A DNA stretch of 61,679 nt, counting the filler, from Sphacelaria rigidula (taxonomy: Eukaryota): assembly GCA_964200075.2 (NCBI GenBank). It is 4 parts of 4 records of this genome, joined end to end, with 100 filler letters (N's around TTAATTAATTAA, not from the genome) between each part and the next. Parts side by side here need not be neighbours in the genome. Positions count along the whole stretch, not along the records: positions 46,336 to 61,679 come from CAXNAA020001791.1; 3 more parts are not named here. One strand, 5' to 3'. The notes under the pieces are model-generated. The model had not been told where the DNA came from and searched no databases. It saw only the letters and a list, made by a program, of their open reading frames with translations. The position numbers and the translations under genes were made by a program. Positions within the stretch are counted from its first letter, which is position 1, and each line of letters begins with the position of its first letter. Positions 50,280-61,679 of this stretch are shown here, in pieces.

Positions 50280-51741
50280 CGTGCCAAGGACGACACCTGA
50301 CGAGTAGCCTGCCTTTTCCTCGCCTCTCCTGACAAGGTCTGAGTGCTTCTGCTATCTGCTTACGTTTATTGAGTCGCTCGTCTGTCCAGTAAAATCAGTA
50401 CCCCGTGCCAACGCAACAGACAGAGTATTTTACCAGTGGTCAATGTTGATGATAGGCCCCCACGATCGGTCCATGTGCGCCTCTCAGCACTACCTCAATC
50501 CCGGCAGTCCTGCCGCTCCCAAGCTCAATGAACACAGCGCGCGATACGTTGTCGGTCACGCCGCACTTTGAATTTTAGCGAGTTGCGTTGTGCCAGGTAT
50601 ATACCTTGTGCCAACCGTCGCTTCGAAGCAATCGTGTCGTGTAGAAGGTGACCTTGAAGGTATATTATACTGACTACTAGCAAGCAGGACAGCGGCTGCA
50701 AAGGCTTATCATATCTTCGGGTCTACGACAGAACAGCACTACGTTGTACTGCTTACTGTTTACACAGTACCCCAACCCCCAGCGAGTATAGTAGCACGTA
50801 TTCAACTTGGCGAATGTAACCGTCAACGAAGATGAACGATTTGCCGTGCGGTAGGTGACGGTATATAGCACCCTCATTGAAATGTGTCACGGACGTTCAT
50901 TTCTCAAACAGTTCCGCGGTAGCACGATCAAACATTGAATCGATGGATACATGATATTAATTGATACTCATCAATATCATAATGCTCGAATGCAGGATCT
51001 CGATCATCGAAGAAATGGAGATTGAACAACATGTATGTCACTCGTATCTCGCGAGGGAGGGGGTGTGTTATACACCGTCACGAGCAGCCGTTCTCTTGGC
51101 TCAACCTGAGTACCGTGCAAATGGTAAAACCGCGATCATTCGGTCGTGGAATCAAACATACAATGGAAGAGGCCGAGAAGGTGAGCTAGCGCGTAGAGTA
51201 TGGGATCTTGCGCGTATCTGAGGGAAAGGAAGACACCGTTGGCTACAAGTGTATGCTACATTGTACACCCATTTGTCTTCAACGGCACCAACAGCACAGT
51301 AGTCCAGAACAGAAAAGCGCACTGCTGCAGTGCAGCCGACCGTCGGCTGCCGTGATGGACTCGACGCCGACTGTACTACACTGTCTGTCGGTGTGCAAGT
51401 GGCCAGTAAATACACTGTAATCCCTGTTACGTCACCGGGCCATCATGCATTGGTCACCCCGTGCATGTTTTTTTTCCCCGTCTCATTCGCCGCTAACGTT
51501 GCCTGTCCCCATATCCCTCACTACAGTATCATCAGTTCCACCAGTACGGTATATTGTAGTACCGCGGCAGCAGTACTCCGTGCGATCCTCTCGAAACACA
51601 CGCTCCCGCCTGGTGTATACCCGCCTGGTGTGCACGTGGACACAGAGAGACCGAAATCAAGGAGCCTAAGCTGCCACGATAGCTACATGCGGAGGGCAGA
51701 ACGCATAAACCATTACGGTCGATAGAGGAGTGCTTTGAAGA

Positions 51742-54700
51742 ATGAGCTCGCCGACGAGCCTAACAACGCCCAGACAGCGCACAGCTGCTGGGGTGCCGGC
51801 ACGTCTTTCCGAATCCATCTCTATTCAGCAGGAAGTCTTTATCGTAGCTCTGGTTCGCCTGAGCAAAGCGCTGGCGTCACCAAATCACATCAAAGAGAGG
51901 ATAGAAATGATTTGCTCCAAGCTGGGCATTTCTCTACCGGGCCTGGCGAGCGTTGTCGGTGAACGCTTAGTGAAAGAAAGAACGCTGTTGGACGTATATG
52001 TGGGGAGCGACGGTGTCTTCGGAAAGCAGCAGGTCTGAATGTGCATGTTGTTCTCCAGTTTTTACTGTACAGTAGCTGATTTTGTTATTAACAGTTGAGC
52101 CATTTCCAAACAGATCAAATCTGTTCTACATCAACCAGTTTGCAAACAGATTGTTTGTGTCCATAACGATCAGTTTTAGTTTTGTCGAAAACACATGCCA
52201 TGTCCAGATGCAAGATGCAAGCTAGATCCGCGCAGATGCAGAGATGCGGCGTATTCAGACGTGGTTGTTGGTCCAACATCTTTGTGCTGGTACGGGAAAG
52301 ACGCGATTGCGATTGCACTACATTTGTACACTGAGCCCCGGGAATACACGCACAGACACTCATCGCTCGCGCGCATTAGTTCCACCGCTAGCCCTTGCTC
52401 ATCTACGGACAGGAATCTTCTGTTCGACAGAAATCCGTTCCGAATTTGAAACAGGGTGGCCGCGTGCGTGTCAATTTTGACCGGAAAACGTGCCGTTGCT
52501 GACCCTCGTGTGTGGGTGTTTTCGACGCGTGTTGGGCACAAACTATTGTTCATCGTTGTATTGTGAAAACGGTTTGACCATCGCAACGTACAGTGTACAC
52601 AGCCGATCAGCAGCTACAGCCCGAGCTGTACGTCTTTTTTCGCGGGGATAGAGGGGCCCTCAGTTTGATGGGTTGTTGTGTTGTGTTGCGGGACGCACTG
52701 TTGCATGTGCCCCTGTCGCTGCCACGTCTTTGTTCCCCTTCGAGCAATCAGCTCTTCTTTCAAGTTTTTGTATGGGTCGGGATTTCCAATATCAATGTAT
52801 GGAAGCGGTTGCTAGTACCAATACCACCAACATATCGCAATATATGACTAACGGTGTATTTCCCAGGCAAACCCTCGGGGTCGTGAGGGCCTTGCCGCAG
52901 GCGGGAATATGCGCGTTTTGGCTTCATGCCTTGAAGCATCGAGCTCAATATTCACTACCACTGCAAGGACAGCACTGCCAGCGTACGAGCTGAATTTTGC
53001 CGCGAAAAGTGCTGATAAAAAATGAAGTAGTAAAAGTACGCTACAAAAATACATCTCTACCGAAACGCCTATCCAGGAGATTCTGGAATGATTTTCGCCA
53101 GAATAGGGGGTTTACATAGTGCATCTCTCCGCCTTGGAAAGATATGCGGAGAGGTTCCTAGCGCACGTTTCCGACCTCTCGTACGCCCAGTTTGACGTTT
53201 GGCCGTAAAACGAACTCCCGAATAACCCACAAAGGCATTCGAGTTATTCCAAAAAACAAAAACCGATCATACATAAACACGCTTTGGGGGGATTTGTTCG
53301 GGAAATCATTTGTGCGACCAACAGTCAAACTGGGCGCGTGAAGGATCCCAAAAATGTGACATAACCCTCCCAGAGAGTACAGCAGCAAGTCCTTCTGAGG
53401 TGGGATAATCCGCCAAGCTCCGTGCTCCGGCGAAAATTGGCACTGAATCACCCCAATAGGTTTGTTGCGAGAGATTTTTTTTTCTAAGCACAAGAAGCGA
53501 ACTAAAAGTGCGGCTTGCTGGGCCGTGCCGGAAAAGTTATTCGTGTTTTCAAGAGAACAATGCGCTGGGAGAAACAAAATGCTACGGTGGACGTATTCGA
53601 TTCCGCGTGCAGCTGTAACAGTGAGGCTTCATCAGCCCGAGAGTTGAGTATCCAGTTTGGGGAACTACTGCTAGCCGCAGCGTTAGCTGTCGAGGTTGAA
53701 GAGGTGCTGGCCACGACAGCAGAGCTATCGGACTCGCTGTCGGAGCTGCCGGTATTGGAAGACACCGCTTCAGTGCTGGGGAGGTTGTCGTGCTCCTTGT
53801 CTCTGGTTTACTGGTCCCGCGAAGGGGGATACGCTGTAGCCGCTGTGCACGTTCACAGTTTTTCTCCCCTGGACAGCAAACTACAAAACAAGTTACAGAT
53901 AGACTACGGTTGACAATGACAAATAAAATGTGCGTTTCATTGGAAAATAATCATCAGTTGTGTACATTCGGTAGATGATATCGACAGCACGTGTGGCAGT
54001 ATGTTGGTGTATTGGTGTCGCTGATTTCCAACATCAGTGTACCAGTAGTACGATATATTGGTGACGACCAATATGCATAGGTACCAATACGCAGCCCAAT
54101 TTTTTGCCGGTCTTCTTGGAGAGTACTATCGCACCAACTAATCACAGGGGAAAACAAGCGAACAGACCTGAGAAAGAAAACATTTCTGAACCGTTAAAAC
54201 AGGCCGTTACGTCGAGAGATTTCATTTAGGTCACACCAAATTACGGCATGATTTCTGAGCTCGACTGAAGCTGAAAGCTCACCCAAGTACGCCCCCGACG
54301 GTCGTGGAAATCGAATTTAAAAAGCACACAAAGCCCGCAATGGAAGGGTAAATTGACGGTGCGTGACTTGGCGAAAACTAGGCAAATCTCGGCCATCTAT
54401 TTTGTAGCGTTATGGCTAGGCCCGTACGGCTGGCTAGGTCTTGCCGCCGCTGACGGTGCGGGACTCACATACAAGCGCGGGGCGGCCAGGCGAAAAAAAG
54501 TGATTTCGCAATCATCTTTGCCACGCAAAAAACGCCCGCCTATAAACCTGTGCTGAGGTGCTGGTTAAAGCGAACGAAAATGCACGGGGGGGAAATGTCG
54601 AAACCACGTCTGCATTTTGTTGCATCAAGAAAGCTCACATTCAGTCCACGGCTTTCGGTGATAGTCCAAAACTTGCACCAGTACACGTGCCTCGGTTGTT

Positions 54701-57700
54701 ACAAAGCCTCTTCCCCTCAAGTTTGATACACTCAAAATGAAAGAACCACATTCAACTGTAGCGTACGTACAAGTACGATAAAGTTGGCAGTGGAATTGAC
54801 TTCGCAACGGACGAACACGAAAAAAAACCCAACGGCAACAACTGAATTTTACTCGCCATGTGTACCCATTCGTTGTATGGCTCTGAGTCGATTCAAGCGC
54901 AGCGAAAACACATCACATCACAGCATAACATAACGACACATAGAAGAACAAAACAGACAGACTCAATATAGGACCGCGTGACTACGCTGTTTCCTCCGGG
55001 GAACGAAAACTCGACAGTGCCATTCAACATTTGTGCACAGTCAGACGCTCAAGGGACCAGGCACAACAGACGCTCGGAAGACACAAATATATACGAAAGC
55101 ATCAGCAACCAAAATGTATCCCTCGGGGAGAATCGCTCTAAATATCTGAAAAATGATGTGACCAGGTTTCCAGCACTACACAAATCATCCATGGCGTCGT
55201 GTTGACCTTCGAATAACAGATTATTAGCTGTTTCGCACGTCCGGAAGGCGTTAAGATACCGTTACGAACATCGTCGGAGCTCGATCCTAATCCGCAAAGC
55301 TAGCGGTACCAAGTTCATCTTCCCATCTCGCTGGAACAGTGGAACGCTTTTGGACTAATTGTAGTGAAGCGACCGTCCAACGGCACAACGCACACCGCAC
55401 CACGTAGAAGAAAAGGACGGTGCACGCACTGAACGTTACTGTGACGCATGCTGTCTGATCACAACCTGTTGCTGTATGAGCTGCTCGGGTCTTTGTGGCC
55501 TACATTACCACCTATCCGTACTTCGCAGACCTCTTCTGTTGGGGTTTCGCGCAGTTGTTCTCAGCTTCAGTGGCATGAGTGTGCACAATTACGTTTGTAC
55601 TAGTGTTCCGAAAATGAAAGCTTGGATTCACACGCCCGCGCATGTGATGGGAAAAAAAATGTGCAATTGCCTACTTCCACTATTCTGCATCTCCCCGTAT
55701 ATTTGCTCGAATAAAAAACTCGCACTAATGCCCACGCGTCCGGATTCACGGAAGAGTAGTCCGATAATCTGCACCTCGTACTGCCGTTGGGGGGGGGGGT
55801 ACTCCTTTGTTGCTCGCCTTAGTCGTGTGACCATTGACCAACTGAAAATTGCACAAACACCGGGTCCGTCTGAGGTCGACTCGCGTCTCTCAGCATATGT
55901 AAACCTTCCGCGGGTTGTTGGGTATCATTGTCACGCGGTAGCGAATGCCCATTGGCATTTCCATGCGCATCAAGTACTATGGGTCAAGAGACCTAACGAC
56001 ACCTGTACTTGCTCGTGCTGGACTTGCGCCTATTCTCGGTCGGCAAAGGCCAGCGGTATCGGCGAACCAAGGACTGGAGAAGGCGCGGTTGATGCTCTCG
56101 CAGCGCGGCCGCCACAAGGACCTCTGGATACCACCGCTAGTAACACTCTGAGTGCAGCCACGCAAGAGCTATGCTCGGCGTTCTTCGCCCAAGAGGTGAT
56201 TCAGGGAGAGCGAGCGCTTGAAGACGCTAGGACTAGGCTGGCGGCGTTGTGGGATAGACTGATGGAGTTGCTGGTGAAAAGAGACCAGGCAAGGAGAGGT
56301 TGAGAAACAGGATCATATGGGTTAGCGGCAGTGCACCGTACGTCTGAGCATTCGACATGTGCTGTTCGTAGTCTATCGAGTCTTCAACCCTGAACCGTGT
56401 GAAGGATTCCGAGTTCTTGTATACCGACCAATCCTCACGTTTGTCTTCATATTGAAGCTGATACTCAAACCTTTCTTTGACAGCCCATACATCGTGTCCG
56501 AATCGATCACCACGCACTACGGATAGATATTGGAACACCTGAAGGTCACCCCTGAGCAACGGAGAATGTTAGCGGTGTTGGCTCGCGCCCTGGAGCAAGC
56601 CCAGGAGGAGCAGGAAAGCAGCATCAAAGATGGCAACTCATGCTTGGCGAAGGAAAACTCGTCTGGTATGATGTTGCCGCCACGATGGCTCGGAATGCGG
56701 GAGGTGAGGCACGACAATTATCTGCTGCGCGTTTTGCTCGAAGAGAGAGAGATACCTTGTTCGCAGTGTAAACACTGGGGTGGGCACTCGTAGTGTCCAC
56801 TTGTAGTGGCGTGGTTCAGAATACGGCACATCGTTTTGTCTGCTGGCAGTGAAACACAAATCCCAAATCCCACTGTCCCGACGACGGGAAGCGAACCCTA
56901 GCGACACAACTCCGAGTATCGATACGGTATTGCCTCACGCCAAGTCCAATTGCTCCAGCTCGGCCCTACTTCCGACGCGCACACGTTGCATTCAACACGC
57001 AGGGACACTCAAACGATGGTGCCTCGTCGTCTTCTTCCCCTGCCTCAACGTCACGGCTGCGGCCCCCAAAAGCAGGCCTCAGGCATTGCACACAACAATC
57101 CTCAAACACCACCTTCACGAGCGCACCAGGCAGCAGCGCCAACACCAGCACCGACGATCGCAGCATGTCTTCAAAATCCGTGCTTCCGACAACTCGTGCC
57201 GTGCTTGCGTCGGAGGTTAGTGCACCGTCCGCGGGTAGGGGTAGCGAGAATGAGGATGAAAGGGCGTTGGAGGCGGCTTATTGCGGGCCAGAAGCAGGCG
57301 GGGGCTTAGGGGGAAGCTCGTTCGCCGAAGATCTTCGTTTACAGTTTGTGAATAGTTTGAATCAGGTGCGGTGACGTTAAAAGTTGTGGTTGCGGTTTAG
57401 GTTGTTGGCGAAAAAACCTTTGTGAGCCTGACGATGTTTCTGCTGCGCGTCGGCACGGCTCTATTCTTTGTGTGCTGAGCTGCTTATTCGCTTTTGAAAG
57501 GGCTCCGCATAATATCAATAGTCTCGCTCGCAACTACCTGCCGTCTGATACGGTATATTCACCTCGCGCATGGTGCCTTTTATCCCCCCTTTGGCCCGGC
57601 TTGTGGTTTGCTCGATATTGTAGCACGACGTGAAGGCGCTCCGCGACCAGAGGGATGCCCTCATGCGCCGACTCTCCTTCACCTGCCAACAGTGCACAGA

Positions 57701-60700
57701 TGCTCTGGGAGACAAGCCAATTCAGATCGAGCGTCTCACGTGAGTTTTTTGGCGAGACGCATGCGTCGAGGGTATACCTACTGTGTACACGTTGAGTACT
57801 TCCTCTGTCCCATAAGCTAGGACGGAATTGTTTGTACAGACAATTAACCGTGTCCGAATCTTTTTTTCTTTATATGTACTGCGTTCTTTGGCGTTTTTTT
57901 CTTTGAAAATTCTTTACTTTATTTTCACAATTTTCATTCCCACCATGCAGCCGAACGGTCAAAATAAATCAGTCGGCTCAAAAATGGACATATTTCGCCC
58001 CTATTCGGTGGCGAAAAAAAAGGAAAACTGGATGAAAAAAGGCAAACATAGGTCAAAAGTTCGTTGTAGCTGATATCACGTACAGAGGCGAGCTACGCCT
58101 TGTCCAAAACCACTTCGTCAAGTATTGACTTCTGTCCGGCACGAAAATGGCAAAGTTAGCCGACTTCGTCGAAAGTCGAATGTAAAGTGGCCAAAATCGG
58201 GCGAAGATGGGTCAACGCTAACCCGAAATTGTGGATGCAATACGTTCAAGTTTTTTTGTTCTCATTATTTTCTCGGAGACTCTTCTCTCTTTAATCTTTT
58301 GAATAATACTGATTATAGCGCAGAAAGCGCCTCCGTTGGAGAGATACAATCTGCGCCCCGATTTGGTTCCCACTCATGGTACAGAGGAAGTATACCGGTA
58401 CTGTATGTGCACTTGTGTCAAGGTAGGTGTGCCGATTCGATTGCCTGGCTTGTCCTTCTGGCGTGAGCTTCTCGAAGACCACACTGCAGTGTTTTGGTTT
58501 TGGAAGCAATCGCATGGCTCTTTGTAGAGGCTCTCCTGACTGCTGCCGTGGTTTCCAGGTCAAAAGGTGCTGAGGTCATGTCGCACACCGAAGTTGTACA
58601 CCGCTTACCCGCTTGTAATATTGGATCCCGAACGTACCGTGCGCGCCAACAGGCAAGAGGTTGATTCGCTGCGGACTACATGCGATGCTCTTCGTGTCGA
58701 GCTTGAGGAAGAGAGGAGAGGAAACGCAGAGGAAATCAAGAGATGGCAAAGTGAGGCTGAGGCAATGAAAGAAAAAGCCGCCAGTGCGATATCGAAGGTT
58801 GAGGAAGAGAAAAGAAAGAGAAATGCTGCTGAAGCACGCGCTGTTAGCATGGTCGCCGGTGAGATGGGGTGATGGCAGATTCAGCATTGTGAAAAGTAAT
58901 CGGGAGGGGGGATCCCGACAGCCTAATCTGTTTAATTTTGTTTTGACGTGTGAAAATGGCAGCGACGTTTTGGTCCACGTCCCAGTTTTAGCTTTGACCG
59001 CTGTCGCCGACGCAGGAAATCCTTCGAAAACTTATGCTCGACCACGTCGTCCCCTCTTTACACTGTTGCTTATCGACCCACCCCCATTCGCTGCCATTTC
59101 GTGGAAGAAGGTGTTGCGCGGGAGGCCGACTGCCGAGCTGAAGCTGCAGCAGAAAGGGAGCACCGTGCGGAAGAGTTGAGAGCCACCGAGGCCAAATTGA
59201 GCTACTCCGAACAAAAGGCGGCCTCCGAGATGGATCGCCTCCGCGAGTGTCTTCGCGAGTCTAGTCGTAAAGTAGTGGAAACTGTTGAGGCAAAGCTGCA
59301 AGCGGAACGCGAAGCGCATGGAGCTCTGCAGGCGGAGGCCTCAAGCGCTACACAGCTTGCGGCGATGAATCTGGAGCTGAGGGACCTGAAGAAAGAGCTT
59401 GCACGACTGAAGCAGAACGAGGCAGCGAAGGACGATGCTGTTGATGCGGCGGCGGCGAAGGCAACGTCCGCGGAAGAGGTGATTGATGCGCTACATGAAA
59501 GCCTTGAGACTAAAGAGCTGGATCTGGCCGCACTCAGGGAGAATCATGAACAGTCGGGGAAACGGGAGGCGACGGCCAGGGACCAAGTAATGAACGAGCT
59601 GCAGACGCTACTCGAGACCGCTCAAAAAAAGATTTCCAAGACAGACCGTGATCTAGCCGCTTGTTCTCAAGAAGCGGCCGCGATGGTGAGGGAACGAGAC
59701 TCTTGGGCGGTGAAGTCCGGTGAATGGGAGGCTGAGGCAACGCGACTTGAGAGTGCGTCAAATGCCGCCGTGGAGAAAGCGGAGCGTGCTCGAACTAAAT
59801 GCCGAGAGCTTGAAGCTGAGGTGGAAGCGGTGAAGCGTAAGTTTGTGGCTACTGAGAAAGGGCTCGCACGCGCTGATAAGCTGCGGGCTGAGGAGGTCAC
59901 TGTGTCCAGGGAAAGAGCGCTCGCGCTGGATGCGGCAGAGGTGTGTTCTTGAGCTTCAGTTGGATATACGACGTGGTGTTGAAATGTTGGCTTGGGATTA
60001 ACAGGGAAATTGAATGGTTCGAAGATGAACCGTGCATTGTTTATGTGGGGGAGCAGAATACATCATGACAACCGCGAAATCAGAGTAATTATCCCGATCG
60101 CGTCGTCTAGTAGGCGTGTTTGCTCTGTCTAGTAGTACGGCATTGTTGACAAAACTTGAGTGTGCGCTCAGACCCTCATGTGTCGGTGATGGTAAATATT
60201 CCGTAGGCAAGTCCAGTCCAACCCTCTTTGACCTTCACTCAATCCCCTTGACGTCAATCTCTGCTAACTTTCTAGAGATCCGTCCGGAGACTCACTGGGG
60301 AAGTCTTGGAAGTCAAGGCTGCCGCCTCTAAGACCATTAGGGAAGCTGCCTTAGCCACGAGCACCGTATCATCCAAGGCGTGGACCGCGGGAAGAAGTGG
60401 CCTTCTCGACGAACTTACTGTAGCACAAGAAAGCCTATACGAGGTAGTGGAGGAAAAAGAAGAGGCTGTGCGTGCACTGAAGGAGGGTGCATCAGCCGAA
60501 ACGGAGGCGCCAGAGTCGACGATGAAGCTTCACCGCCAAAGAAGTGGAGCAGTATTTTGTAATGGTGATGACCGTAGCGATGGAACTAGCCCAAGTGCCG
60601 CTGGAGATTCGTGGAGTGGAGACATGAAAGACTCCGGCAAAAATAGATGGGACGATGCCAAAGCCAGCGTCCAACAGGAGAAGTACAGATCAACAGAAGC

Positions 60701-61226
60701 TTCACACGGCGTGCCGCTCTGCGATAGTAGTGGGATTGATGGGGACGGCACCGCTCCAACGAGTCACAATCAATCAGGCCTCGTACTTTCTGATGGTATT
60801 GCTGCGGAGGCAGCAGGCGTGCGGGAGGGCGAAGATTTGAGGGAAGTCACAAATGCACTCGTTGTCGCGAATGACGTCCTCTGTCCGCCTGAGAAAATCG
60901 GATCGGCCGAGCTTACGAAGGGTAACACGTTGCCTATTTCGATGGACGTCGAAATGGATGGCATGGGAGGGGTCGGGGAAGCTGCTGGCGGTGACGGTCG
61001 TTGTAACAATGAACGCGTGTGCGGTGTCTGCGGCGCACCGCCCTCCGCATCTCGCAAGCTGTTTGAGTTTCGATGTGAGCTGGACCGGGTAAGGGCGGCG
61101 ACGGCGGAGGCCAACGTGCGAGTGATCGAGGCTAATGAGCGAGCTGATAAGGCGTCGGAATACACCATAGCATTGCATGAAGACGTACGGAAGCTGGAGG
61201 AGGCGTTAGGAGACAGGACTAGTGAG
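51742..61226 (+). CDS. Uncharacterised long coiled-coil protein, multi-exon, 3' end missing
   Basis: Phase-consistent exon chain 56049-56288 (GC donor), 56527-56703, 57003-57365, 57624-57739, 58653-58858, ~59108-59940, 60276-61226, rich in E/A/K/L heptads. Putative upstream exons 51742-52032 and ~53554-53785 are less certain. Confidence 0.7.
53068..53460. mobile_element. MITE-like element with ~35-bp imperfect TIRs
   Basis: CCTATCCAGGAGATTCTGGAATGATTTTCGCCAGAA versus the reverse complement of the right end, CCTATTGGGGTGATTCAGTGCCAATTTTCGCCGGAG. Arms may extend further out. Confidence 0.55.
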
Positions 61227-61679
61227 GTGTGTCCTCTCTGTGCTGTTCTTCTTGGTCTCTGTATGGAACTGCATGCCACGTCCCCGACTTCATGCGTTTT
61301 GTTGGAGTGGTTGTGGGTACTTCACTATAAACGGGGTGAATTTCCACAATTGTCTGCCGAGGACACAGTTTCACGTTGGTGTCACCAAGTAATAGTTGTG
61401 CGTGCTTACTCAGACGGCAGTCGCGGGTTTGAATCTCGGTCCGATCACCGCGGCGATATATATATAAAACCAAAATGAAAACGTGCATAAAAAAGTATCG
61501 TCCCCACTAACCAGCGAAAAAGTCTACCATTACAACACTCTCTTCTCGCCGCAACGTCGCTCGTAGATGCTCAGAAAGAGGAGGGGTGGGGGGTGGAGGT
61601 GTGTGTTCGTGATCATGCATGCCATAGCCATAAGACCATTGAGCTCGTATCCCTACAAAGTCAGGACGGAGCACGCCGG

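Noticed and set aside
56233..56559. Charged 108-aa minus-strand ORF
   Set aside because: Antisense across an intron and both flanking exons of the coiled-coil gene, with no recognisable family.
61380..61450. tRNA gene (GGTTTGAATCTC B-box-like; similar GGTTCGAATC on minus near 38906-38915)
   Set aside because: No convincing A-box or cloverleaf. At most SINE remnants.

Overview
Eukaryotic, intron-rich genomic DNA, most likely from a brown alga or close photosynthetic stramenopile (inferred from a signal peptide + ASAF plastid presequence, GC-rich exons with 0.2-6 kb introns and (CTGTA)n microsatellites). It is not one locus. Four contigs of 15346, 15345, 15344 and 15344 bp are joined by artificial 100-bp N44-TTAATTAATTAA-N44 linkers, so nothing is syntenic across 15347-15446, 30792-30891 or 46236-46335. 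Manually spliced genes: contig 1, a MAP65/Ase1/PRC1-like gene (-) head-to-head with a CAMTA-like gene (+, CG-1 and TIG domains); contig 2, one exon of a TMEM185/Fragile-X-F-like membrane protein in a transposon-dense region; contig 3, a complete 7-exon plastid-targeted protochlorophyllide-reductase-like SDR (-) head-to-head with a ubiquitin-like-domain gene (UBLCP1-like, +); contig 4, a cullin (-) head-to-head with a long coiled-coil protein (+). Non-coding DNA holds many non-autonomous DNA transposons with recognisable TIRs and TSDs (hAT-type 8-bp TSD, piggyBac-type TTAA, and a ~465-bp-TIR element), several nested. One hAT element is built from a CRISPR-looking array of 44-bp hairpin units. 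No transposase, Cas gene, rRNA or complete tRNA was found. I cannot claim a new biological system. The best leads are the hairpin-array hAT element and the POR-like paralogue with an extra thylakoid-type signal.
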